NCBI GenBank assembly: GCA_018398765.1
Contig: JAHBMJ010000239.1
Coordinates: forward strand, 1 to 53,077
DNA from: Chromera velia
Taxonomy: Eukaryota
Length of the DNA: 53,077 nucleotides
Direction: 5' to 3'
The position numbers were made by a program, and so were the translations under genes. The notes below the pieces were generated by a model that did not search any database, was not told the origin of the DNA, and saw only the letters and a program-made list of their open reading frames with translations. Positions 22,393 to 33,832 of the stretch are shown here, in pieces; the first letter of the stretch is position 1; each line of letters starts with the position of its first letter.

Positions 22393-22704
22393 TCTCTCTC
22401 TCTTTCTCTCTCTCTTCCTGCCTGTCTCCCTTGCTTCCCCGCTCTGTCTCTTTTCTTTTTTTTTTTCTTTCCTTCTGAAAGGAAGGCAAAGAGAAGCATC
22501 TAGTCCTCACAGAACCTTCAGTGGTGAGGATGGGTCCCTTCAGTACGGCTGTTGTCAGTCAGATCTTGTTGTGTGCATGCTCACTTAGTGCGATGCAACC
22601 CCGTCAACTGACTGTTTGTTGCAGGAGGTGTGGGTCCGATGACGGTCGCGATCTTGATGGAGAACACGCTGAAGGGGCGACTCCACAAACTCGGGAAGAT
22701 CTGA
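19185..22704 (+). CDS. folD: Bifunctional methylenetetrahydrofolate dehydrogenase/cyclohydrolase
   Basis: Exons 19185-19487, 19751-19799, 20072-20122, 20467-20732, 21216-21360 and 22625-22704 join in frame. Motifs: [77 protein letters not shown]. Confidence 0.97.
21505..22476 (+). repeat. ~0.97-kb compound microsatellite (TTTC/TTCC/TTCG/TC) in folD intron 5
   Basis: Direct observation; pyrimidine-rich on the sense strand. Confidence 0.97.
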
Positions 22705-24882
22705 GCAAGAACAAGCGCGCATCATTCCTTGTCCCCTTGTGTGTTTGCACCTTGCTGGGGGGGGATTGGAAGGGAGCGGAGAGAGACAGCGAGAGAGAGA
22801 GAGAGACAGGAAAAGAGAAAGGAGAGGACGGAAGGATGCGGAGAGAAGCGGAGGCTCATGGATGTCCTGATCCACAAGTGTGTGGAAAGAACGAAGGAAG
22901 GAAGATTTCGTTCGCTGCCGAATTGACTGACAAACATCTATTATATTTCTCTGATGATGAGGAGGATGCACTTATGCATGCACTCACACGGACGTACATC
23001 TAGATGCACGAAGCAAGCACACCCACCCCGGCTGGCTGATTCCAAAGGAGTGACAGACAGTGGGGGCGCACACTGCTCGATCGAGCCACGCACACGCTCA
23101 CTTCTATGTATACATGGGCCTTGCTTGACACACGGAAGGAAATCTGAAGGTTGATAAAAAGTAAGTGAATGGACACTCGATGAAGGTACATGCATGCACA
23201 AGTGAATGTGTATGTGTATGTGTACGAGAATGTCAGTATGTGTGTGTCCGTATCAGTTCCTCGGTCGGATGAGTATCCGATTTCGTACGTGTTTCTTATG
23301 ACCCTTTGGCGGACTCTCTCATTTAGTAGCTGAAATCCAGAGAGGTTGCGGTGAGTGCCACGATCTGGTGGTTACTCCATGCAGCACCCGACGAGCCTAG
23401 CGACGAGCATGGCCTGACGTGTGGATCTGTGACATCCGAACTTCGCCGGTCTTCTGCTTTACGTACCGAATCAGTGACTTGATCCATGCATCTGTCCGGC
23501 TGACCATTGAAGCCAGACTTGCATGCATACATGTGTGCTGCCTGACTCAACATGCATCGACCGACGGATGACGAATTCCCTTGTCGATGCACCTATAACT
23601 GCATGGAATTGAATGATTGCGACCGTCGAATTAAGCGACAAACGAAGGACGCGGAATCTGAGATTCATTTGAACTGTTATTCAGTACGTTGTTAATGTGT
23701 CTTTCATATATACATAACTTTTTAGTAAGTTTTTACACACCTAGTAGTTACAGATATATATATAATTCAAAGTAACTTTTAAGTGAATCACATCTCAAAA
23801 AAACAGGCTAGCTATATAGATCGATGATATAGCCTGCATGAATATATATACATCACAGTAAACTTCTGAAACACTATTTATAGAATTAGCTTTCAATTAT
23901 AATAACGCTTAAATTAAGCATGTGATGATGATGAAGTTGACTAAACCTGGCAGCCATCGTATCCCAATGGCAGAAGGCAGTCTGGGCATACATGCATTGC
24001 TAGCTTAGGAGCGTACTAGGGAGCGTAAAAGCTCGCTCAGAGAGCAGAGCAGAACATAACATAACATTGATGTTCCAGGTTTTGCTTACCAATGTGTATT
24101 TGCCTATATAAAACTTAGACATTTTTTTTTTCTTTTTTTTTTAGAATTAAGCTGGAAGTAGAGTTGGAACTTTAGTTGACCAAAGATAAAAGAGTGTGAG
24201 CCCTAATTATGTATAAGAATACAATGTACTATAGACAATACAGATTATATCCCCTCTGCGAATCTAATTCAAATAGCTAGAAAGAACAGTTTATTTACTA
24301 AATGTTTTATAAGCCTAAAACGTCGCCATTTTTTTTTTTTAAGATTTTTTCAGATAGAGAAATCGTCGGTTTTTGAGGCATTTCTAAAAGAGTATTGTAC
24401 TTCAGTAGTAGATCTACACATTTTTTCGCATATTATATTTTTTGTACTGTACGTTACAGTTACAGGGCTGCAAAGCCCGTTCAACAAAACTCTTCTCCCG
24501 AGTTCCGATTTCTTTTGTTAAAAAAAAAAAATCCTGGTAAGGGGGGGCGTCTCTTCCTCTCTAAAACCTGTTTGCCACTGCAGGAAGACAGAAACGAAAG
24601 AGGGAAGTGGAGTTGCAGAAATACATGTATGCGGAGAGGTAGGCTGCAAGATAGGGGGGTTGCGGGCGAAAAAAAAGCTAGGATGGAGGAAGATGGAGAG
24701 ACATACGGAGAATATCGCAGGAATCCTCTTCACTTGGACATAGAAAGAAGATGAAAAGGAAAGGAAAGGAAAAAGAACGATTACCGACACAGTGTGAACA
24801 GTTGATCTGCGAGAAATCTGCAGTCGACTCCTCCTAATAGCAACTTACACAAAGGGGCACGTACAGACTCACACGCACTCGA

Positions 24883-24885
<3 letters not shown>

Positions 24886-24922
<37 letters not shown>

Positions 24923-24948
24923 GTACGTACACACATACACACACACAT

Positions 24949-24985
<37 letters not shown>

Positions 24986-25061
24986 TATACACACACACAC
25001 ACATACACACACACACATACACACACACACACACACACACATACACACATACACACGCATG

Positions 25062-25106
<45 letters not shown>
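24886..25106 (+). repeat. (CA)n microsatellite with interruptions
   Basis: Direct observation. Confidence 0.97.
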
Positions 25107-25108
<2 letters not shown>

Positions 25109-25801
25109 ACGATGAACGCCAGCATGCAGATCAACACACCTGAATGCAGCAGACAACCCCCCTTGGTCTGGGCCTTCCCGGCAAAACCCGCTTCTTCTAA
25201 AAAAAAAATAAAAAGCCCCAAGAACTCATCCCGGGGGCTCCCGAGGGGGGGGGGGCGTTGACCACTGCAAGAAGGGAGAAAGGAAGGAGATCAGACACCA
25301 AGGGACCAGCATGGGACCGGCAGGCAAGACAGACAATATATTTCTAAGAGAGACAGACGGACAAAAAAAAAGCAAACAGACAGAGCGCATTTTCTCCTTT
25401 TTCTTCCTCTCTGCCTGGTCTTCAAACAGCCTGAAAGAGCGTGGCATTTATCCTTTTCCTTTCGAACTTTTTGCTTCCTTTCACAGGCCGACAGACACGT
25501 AGGGAGAAAAGCACGAATGGGGAAAAAAAGCCAAGCAGACAGACAGATATGCATACGCACACACGGGGTTACTGAGGAGAAAGAAAAGGTGCACATATTT
25601 CCAGAGCAAGTGCCACTGGATGAAGGAAACGAAAAAAGAGACCGGGGTGAACAAAAACAAACGTCCAAACACAAAATAGCCGACAGACCTGAAAGCCGCA
25701 AAGAGCCCCCCCCCCTCCTCCCATGCTGAGTGACTCGTAATGGAGGCCCGCCCCCTAGCCTTTTCCTTAGGGGAATCGAGAGGGAGAGGGACCCAGGCCG
25801 C

Positions 25802-27012
25802 TCAAAATGAAGGGAAAGCTTCAACGCACCATGATAAATGCGGGGAAGCTTCCACTCGGCAACGGCCAGGGGTCAGACTGCCCTCCCTCCTCGAAACCCT
25901 CCTTCCCTCTTCCCCCTCCTCTCTTCTCCCTCCCCTGCCCTCTATGCCTAGGGGGGGTGCCTTTCCTTCCTCCATTTTCGGGGTGGGGGGGGGCTCTCTT
26001 CCTCCTCCTCCTCCTCCTTCGCTTTCCCCCCCGGCCCTCTGTGCCTGGGGGGGGGCGCCTTTCCTTCCCCCATTTTCAGGAGGGCCCTCCTCATCGAAAA
26101 TATCCTCCCAAGTCCCCCCTGCCATCCCTCTCCTCGCTTCCTCATACATCTCTATACTCTCCATAAGTCCCCCCACCCCCACCCCTAGGCTAATGGGGGG
26201 TTCCTGCACATGCCTACAAAACTCGACTTTCCTCTAGATCCATGCACCCGATCTCTCTCATCAGGGGCGTCTTGGAGGTAGACGCGAACAAAACGAAGAG
26301 AAAGGAGAGATCGGGGAACCCGTGGAAGGACTGAGGCCAAACTTCCAGCCCCACTTCACCAAGTGCTGCCTCTTTCTCCTCACATACTCCATCCCTAATC
26401 TCAGATAGTCGCCCCCCTCAAGGATACACCCGTATGGAAAGAGCATCTCTCTCTCCTTCAACCCGCGGGGGACAGTGGGGAGTCCGGTGATCTGCGGGAT
26501 CCTGAGCTCTGCCTCCTGCATGCATGAGCACAATTCTCTTATCCTCATCACGCCCCAAGAAGGGCGTGGAGGCGTCACCCCGATGGAGAGACTCCTTGCA
26601 CCCCTTGTGACTGCACCGGAAGGAGCCTCCACCGCAGCCGGGTGCTCTCTCCACGTGTTGGGGGGGGGCAGGGTCCTCCGCCTGCTCCCTACTTGCATGA
26701 AGGGGAAAGGAGGGGAGGGACAAGAAAATAATAATCAGCAAAGGGACATGTGCAGGCTGACACGTCGAGAGTAAAACAACAGCAGATGTCCTGAGAAGAG
26801 CAAAAGAGCAAAAGTTGACTCGAAGGTTCTGTCCGTCTCTGTCCGAGTGCCGCTGGTTCTTTTCGTCTGTCTTTCGGCCTTCTCCAAATTTTCCACACAG
26901 ATACAGGTGCACAATCACAAGCAAAATGAATGACTTAACACTCCTGGTGCATGGAGAGGGTGAAAGATGGGAGGTGGGGGAGACAGAGACTGACTTTCCT
27001 TCCAAGGTCCAT
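25802..27012 (-). CDS. Hypothetical spliced protein, divergent from the AT-hook gene
   Basis: Plausible phase-0 exon chain: MDLGRK|gtcagt (27012-26995), then cag|EAELRIPQITGLP...EYVRRKRQHL|gtgaag (from about 26515), then cag|EPPISLGVGVGGLMESIEMYEEARRG... (from about 26203). No family was recognised and the boundaries are uncertain. Confidence 0.42.
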
Positions 27013-27127
27013 GCCAGAAGTCGGCGGATCCGGAGGCAGAGACGGAACGGGACTGGAGGGAGCGAGGAGCCGCAAGGCCACGTATACTGCAAAGTGGTAA
27101 TCAGACAGACAGACGGAGGGAGAGGGA

Positions 27128-27165
<38 letters not shown>

Positions 27166-27214
27166 GCTCTTCCGACAACGACATGCACAAGAGAGGAGAC
27201 GGTAGAGAGGATAT

Positions 27215-27372
27215 ACGCCCGCGCGGGAAGCGGATTTTTTTTTTCTTGGGCCAGGGGGCCGGGGGCCGGCCGCGCGGGCCGCGCGGGGATATCGCACGCG
27301 CGCGCGGGCCGGGGCTGCGTTAATTCAGCCAAAATTTTACATGCAGCCAAAAATGCTGGTCGCGGGGAAAAG
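27215..27372. promoter_or_regulatory. CG-rich putative bidirectional promoter core
   Basis: Cluster of CGCGCG/GGCCGCGCGGG motifs bounded by A/T tracts, lying between two divergent gene models. Confidence 0.45.
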
Positions 27373-27885
27373 AGCTCACTATAGCTCACTGCTGCTAGCA
27401 CGGAACCGCTTATACCGCCTTCTATGCTCCCATGGTAGATGCTTCTGTGCCTTCCTTCGTATTCCTATCTCTATGAGGGTCATCGTGTGTGTCCGCACTT
27501 CCACAAGAGTCTCTTCTGGTGTCTCCTGGTTGTCTCGAGATCGGTGTCTCTTTTAACGTCTCTGGTCAGTTTGCTTTGCAGCTTATCACTAAAACAACTC
27601 TCTCCTCCCTTGTCGCTCTCTGCACTCCCCCATTTTTACCCTTTTCTTCTTCCACCCTGTTGGGCGATCTATCTCTCTGCATCCATCTGCCCCCCACTCG
27701 TCTTGTTTCCCTCCCATCCTTGTTCACTCATTTTGGATTTCCCCCTTCCTTTCACGATCTGCAGACGGACCCTCCTGTCGGCAGCCCTGGAAAGGGGACG
27801 ACGACTGACCTCGGAGAGGCAGAGTGGGCTTTGTTTGATGAACAGGTCGACGGAGGAATAGGAGAAAGTAAAAAAAAAGCAGAGG

Positions 27886-29324
27886 ATGTCTAAGGAAGTA
27901 GAGAAAGAAGAGGGGGAGGCAGGATTTCCCACCCTTCCTCAATCTCAGTCAGAGGAGGGTGGGGGTGACCCCCACGAACAGGTGGAGCACTCAATGGAAT
28001 TCGAGGAGGCAGAGACGGAAGGGGAAAGTTTGCCGAAAGTCAAACCGCCTAGACTCTGTGCGAAAGACGAGGCCGCTCTTCGTCAGATGCAATTGCTGCA
28101 CGATTCTGCCCTCTCTCCTTCCGCAAAGGAAAACGAAAAGGGGGAGGATGCTGAGGAAGGGAGAGCGCGTGTGTTCCCCCAATCATCCGAGGAAAAGGAC
28201 AAAGAGAAGAGACCGCGATCATCAGTCAAGGAGGAGAACGGAGAGGAGAAAAAACGACCCAAAAGAGGGCGACCTCCTTCCTCTTCTTCGTCTTCCTCTT
28301 CCTCTTCTTCTGCCCTTCCCACCGTGCGGTTCAAAGAAGAAGGAGAAGAAAGACAGGAGGACTTGAACGAGGCAGACGCTTCCCCCCATGTTTTCCCGAC
28401 CCCCTCTGACGGTGGAGAGGGCGAAGATCAGCAGGAGGAAGAGGAAGGTCAGAAGAAGAACGACCGAGGACCCCCTGCCCGCTACTACCCAGGGGTGAAG
28501 TTGCCCCTCGGGGAGACAGGCCGGTGTCAGCTGAAGATGCTCATCGCGGATAAGTGCCGTCGGAGTTCGATCATTCAAGCGAAGTCAGTCAGTCAGTCAG
28601 TCAGTCAGTCAGTGAGATTATTATTGGTGTTCGTGTGCCCACGAATGATGAAGCCTTGCCTCCTTGCATTGTCAGACAGACTGCTTGTCATGGCCTTCCT
28701 TCTTCCTCTTCTCCTAGCGTGTTTGCGTTTTCTTCCACCAGATGCGTAGGCCCATTTATTTATGGGAGCCGGGAAAAGAAAGAAGGCTGCCGTCCTTGAG
28801 AGAAGCTTTGAAGTGGGGAGTGGACATCAGGTCTATGTGAGATTCCTCTGGGTGACTGGTCTCCTGTCGGTCAGGTAGGTTGTTGCTTGCCTTCCTCGAT
28901 GCTTTCTAGCTTTTGCTCTGCGCGTCTTATCCGCCCTCCCCCCCTTTTCTGACCTCCTGCCCGCCCCATTGCTCTCTTCCTGTCTGTGTCTGCATGCATG
29001 TTCGTGCAGGATCCATGCTATCGCCAAGCTGAAGTGTGCCACAAATGAGCAACTGTTTCTCATGGCAAATGTCCGTCATTCTTTCTTCCTTCTAATTCCT
29101 TTTGTTTTCTCTTCCTCTCTTCGTCCGTTTTTGAGAAGTGCTTGAATTTCTTCCCGCTTTTGAATCAATCTGCCTTTGCCTCCCGTTTCCTTCCGATTGA
29201 CCCCTCCTCCCTCCCGTTTCTTTCCGATTGACCCCTCCTCCCTCCCGTTTCCTTCCGATTGACCCCTCCTCTCATGCAATCCCATACATGCTCTACATTG
29301 ATTCCTTCTCTTCTCTGTGAACGT

Positions 29325-29359
<35 letters not shown>

Positions 29360-30886
29360 TGTGTGTGTGCGTGCGTGCGTGCGTGTGTGTGTGTGTGTGT
29401 GTGTGTGCGTGCGTGTGTGCAGATCTGCGGTCTCTGGGACCGGGCGGTAGCGATCTCTGAGAAGATCAGGATCGACATAGAGCGCCGCCAGCAGACGGGC
29501 AGAGCCAAAAGCGGCAAAAGCCGCAAGAGACCCTTCAATTTCAACAAGAATAAGGTTTCCTCCGCCATAGCCAACGCGAACAAGCGTCTCTGCGCAGACA
29601 CGAATGCGGAAGAGAAAACCTCCGTCCGTGCCTCTGCCTCGGCTCGGGCGTCCGCTTCCTCATCAGCTCCCTCCGGCAATGGTCGAAGGAGTCATCGCAA
29701 CCGCTCGTCTGCCCAGGCAGAACCTGAAGTCTTCCCTCGTGCCTCTGGGTCTTCCTCAGCAGCAGCCCCCGCCACGCGCTCCCTCCGTCGCACATCCAGA
29801 AGAAGGTCCTCTCCTGCCGTCTCTGAGCCTGAGCCCTCGGAGCCTTCCGAGGAAGAGGAAGAAAATCCTGACCGAGAGAGCGAGGGGGGAGACCGAGACG
29901 ACCGGGGGATTCCTGAGGGGAGAGGGAGGGTACGGGAGGAACATTACGAGCTGATTCTTTCCCGCGATTCTCGTGCACTGGCAGGGGATGAAGATTTCCT
30001 CCTTCACCCTCACCACGCCTACCTGCAGAACTCCCGCGAAAGAGCAGCAACGGGAACCGAACAACCACCAGCGACTGTGCTCACCTACGCGTACCCCTAC
30101 CCTTATCCCTACCCCTATCCGTATGCAGCGCCTCTCATTTCCACTGCCCCCCCAACCGCCATTCATGCTGCCCCCACAACTGCTTTGCAGACAGCCCCCG
30201 CAACCGCTTTGCAGACAGCCTCCGCAACTGCTTTGCAGACAGCCTCCGCAACCGCTTTGCAGACAGCCCCCGCAACTGCTTTGCAGACAGCCCCCGCAAC
30301 CGCTTTGCAAACAGCTCCCACCACTGCTTTACAGGCAGTCCCGACACCGTCTCTGCAAACTGTTCCCGCGACCTCCTTGCAGCCACTGCCCCCCACATCT
30401 CTGCACACTGCAACGACCACCAGCCTCCAGGCGGCCCCCTCATCCTCGTCTCCTTCCACAACTCTACATACGGCTGCACATTCAACCTCCACAGCCACCA
30501 CGACCACCACTCTCCATACAGCGCCCCAAGCCACACACCAAGTGGCCTACTACGCCCACCCGACGACCCACCAGACGCTTCTCTATCCCGCCCCGAGCAC
30601 CTACTACGCCCACCCCGCCCCTTACCAAGTGGCCTATTACGCCGCACCCCCGATGGCCTCCACAGCCACGCAACCCCACTACGCGCACCCTTCCCCCTAT
30701 CACGCCCAGGTGATCCACGCCCCCCTCCCTACCCTCCCCGCCGCCCCCCCGGGCCTCGATTCCCAGCTGCACTCGCAGTCGCACCGAGCCCCGTCGGACC
30801 TAGACGACGCCTACGAGGAATACGAAGATGAAGTGGACCCCGATGAGATGCCCGGGGGGGGGGCTAGGGTGACTGTTCTCGACTGA
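27886..30886 (+). CDS. Uncharacterised putative nuclear/DNA-binding protein with AT-hook, small helical domain and low-complexity T/A/P/Y/H tail
   Basis: Exons 27886-28583, 29010-29070 and 29423-30886 join in frame at GT-AG sites. AT-hook KRPKRGRPP; compact domain GRCQLKMLIADKCRRSSIIQAKIHAIAKLKCATNEQLFLMANICGLWDRAVAIS; basic NLS-like KSGKSRKRP. The true start may lie upstream. Confidence 0.75.
30142..30360 (+). repeat. Coding 24-bp tandem repeat, (TAPATALQ/TASATALQ)n
   Basis: ACAGCC(C/T)CCGCAAC(C/T)GCTTTGCAG units, about 6 near-perfect plus degenerate flanking units. Confidence 0.9.
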
Positions 30887-32059
30887 GTAGGGGGAATTCA
30901 GAGCTCGACTGACTTTGTGCAGAGAGACAGGTTGTGTCTCATCATTCCGCATAGATGGGGGGGCAGGCGTCTCTATCTCTGAAGTTCTTCGGGAGGGAAG
31001 GGGGGTAGGTAGTGGGGTGGGCATGAATGGAATGGGGTGTTTGGGGTGGGGAAGGGGGGGGGGAATAGAGTGGGCAGAGGAGCGCAGAGGAGAGGGTATG
31101 TGGGTGCAGAGAAAGGGGAAAGGAAGCAAGAAGGAATACCGAGAGACTGACCGACCTCATCTCCGGTTGATCGGTCTATTTACGCGGGTGCCTGTTTTTG
31201 GCGTTTCTTCCGGCTTTCTTCTCTCTCTGTGTCTTCTGCGCGCACTTCATGCATGCAAGTTCTCGCGTGCACCCTTATCTCTTTTCTGTCTTTACTGCCT
31301 GCTTGTAATTTTGTCGTGGCGGCCGTCTTTGTCTCTTCCGCGTCTTCTGTCCGCCTCTCTCAGAAAAAGGGGGGGTTTGGATGGAAGTCTCTCTCCTTGC
31401 AGTGGAGTGAGTGGAGGAAGGGCGAGGTGTGTGCAGAAGGAAAGGAAAACCCTTTGGGGCTCTGCTGAAAAATGGCTTGCATGAATTGGCAGAGATGTAA
31501 ACAAAATAGTAGGCTGACTTCCGACATTCGAAGATCCCGCAAATGTTTCGTTCGACGTGCAGATTGAAAGGAAGTCTCTCTGTTCTCCTGGCTGTAGATG
31601 CCAGTTGAAGAGGGATGGGCGGCGTAGCCGCCCGCCAGCAGGTTTGGGGAAGGGAGGGGATTCTCAGGGCAGGATGGGGTGCTGAGAGCCCCTGGGTGGG
31701 GGGGAGGGTTCTGTGAACAGTATCCGATAACGTTGAATGACATCAGGTACGAGATTTCGTGTGTGTGTTTCCCACGCCGATCATGTATCTGTTGCTCGAT
31801 CAGATGGCGAAAAACCGTTGTTAGACATCCGTAAAAGTTTCATGTGTTTTCTTGGCTGCTTTGTTGACTAATAAATTAGTAATAATGTGCGCTTTGTTAA
31901 CAGTTTTGGTGGTTTATGGCAACTTTGTGCATGCCTACGACCTAGATGCATGTTTCAGACACAAACCATATTAAATAGTACATGTACCAGCTAGCAGTGT
32001 AGCACATTGATGATTATAAGCTACGTATCTGCCCTGTCCCTAAAGGCCCTGCCTCTCCT

Positions 32060-32704
32060 TCTCCCAATGAATGGAGGCCTATTCACGTTGTCAACCCTTT
32101 CGTAAAACTTTTTGGTTTGCTGATGAACGGCCGTGTGCGCTCTCAAGTTGAGCTTGACGTCAGGCAGTTAGGTTTCAGACAAGGGGTGGGAACGAGGGAA
32201 GGGGTAAGCGCGCTTGTCTCTGCCATTCTCTCCTCTAAAAAAAAAAAGAAAGCTCTGCTGACAGGCTTTGTTAATTTCTCTAAAACCTTCGACACTGTGT
32301 CGAGAGGTAAGCTAATTTAGAAACTGAGACGAGAAGGTGTGTGTAAGGTAGATGTGTGCATGATCTGTGAAATGTACACGAAGGTCTGGGGAAAGGTAGA
32401 CGGGGACTCTTTACGTTTTCGGCAGGGTGCTGGGGTAAAATAAGGTGATACTCTCTCTTCCATTCTCTTTCTTATCTATATCAATGACCTTCTCCGTGTG
32501 TGTTCAGTTAGTAAGAACGAGGGGGCCGTAGACAGAGAAGCAGAGGGAATAGGATGGTCAGACAGTGGAATGGGGGAAGGCAGCGACGAGGAGCCTGAGA
32601 GAGGGCCCGAACCTGTCCTCCTTAACAACTGCATCTTAGGGGTATGCAGATGATCTCTGTTTTTTTGCTTATTCCGTCTCGGATCTGCAAAAGAAGTTTT
32701 CAGC
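32060..32704 (+). pseudogene. Non-LTR retrotransposon (LINE) reverse transcriptase remnant, 5' part
   Basis: QLGFRQG, FVNFSKTFDTVSR, GVK*GDTLSSILFLIYINDL and a frameshifted YADDL are recognisable RT motifs with stops. Confidence 0.92.
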
Positions 32705-33832
32705 CTAGGCGACGCACAGTGGTAAAAAAAAAAAAAAATCTGAAAACGTCTATTCTTTTTTTATTATTATTTAAAATTTTATTGTATATATAAAAAAAAA
32801 TAAAGGTTAAATGACTAGCTTCAACTAGAGTTTGAATCATATCTAGGATCCCAGTTTCACTTTTAGCTTAGTACACGCTTAAAGGGATCCCCTTTTGCGA
32901 TGGTCGCTACGTGCAGTGCCATACACGCAGACTTTATTCATTTTTTAATAGACACAGCAAAGAAAAGAGAGAAAAGTCTGGTGACAGTACAGTTGAACAA
33001 GGGGAAAAAGATTGGTTGGTCCGTATTCACTGTTCAACAAAGTCGATGATGGAATGGTGAAGACACTAGTAGAGATACTAGTAGAGACAAACGTACAATT
33101 AGTGACTATATTTGATTTGATTATATTTGATTTGATTTGATTTGATTTGATTTGAGCTTCAACCTCAAATGTTTGATATTTGAGGTAAGATTTGAGGTTA
33201 ACCTCTTAAGTTTCCTCACTGAGTCACTGACTTACTGTCACTCTGATCATTTTTCTCATGACAATAGTTATCGGAACATTTCTGATGTGTGTTTCAAAAA
33301 TTTAAAAAAATATATATAAAATTATAACTTATCAGTTCCGTAAAAAAAATATGCCTGTATGGCAGTGTATATACACTAGTCACTGAGACACACTCTAGTA
33401 CTAATAGAGATTAAGAACCCGTAAAAAAAATATGCCTGTGTGGCAGTGTATATACACTAGTCACTAAGACTCACTCTAGTACTAATAGAGATTAAGAACG
33501 TAAAATTGATAGATTTGAAATTGCAAATGACTTTTTGTTGATACGATAAAGTTAGAGCACGTACCAAAATTGAGGTGACAATCACTCAGCTTTATGACAC
33601 TTCCTTTTCTTCTTCTTCATGATCATTTTCTTCAATGTGGACCATTTGATTCTCTTTTCATGCGTCTCTGTATATGGTGTAACCACGGCTTCTGCTTCAT
33701 CTTTGGTGGGGAAAAACGTTCGCACGTCAGGCTGCTTTGTCCCCCCCGCCCCCTCCAACCACTTTTCCTGTCTTTCTTGGAGCAGCTGCACATGTTTATC
33801 AGACGTGATCGTCAAGCCATGCTGATTGATCA

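Noticed and set aside
21399..22588. Long F/L/S and K/E/R ORFs
   Set aside because: Translations of the intronic microsatellite in folD.
30142..30360. Regular 24-bp repeats as a CRISPR-like array
   Set aside because: There are no spacers; this is an in-frame coding tandem repeat in a eukaryotic gene. The (ATTTG)n runs at 33.1, 36.2 and 51.0 kb are hAT subterminal repeats.
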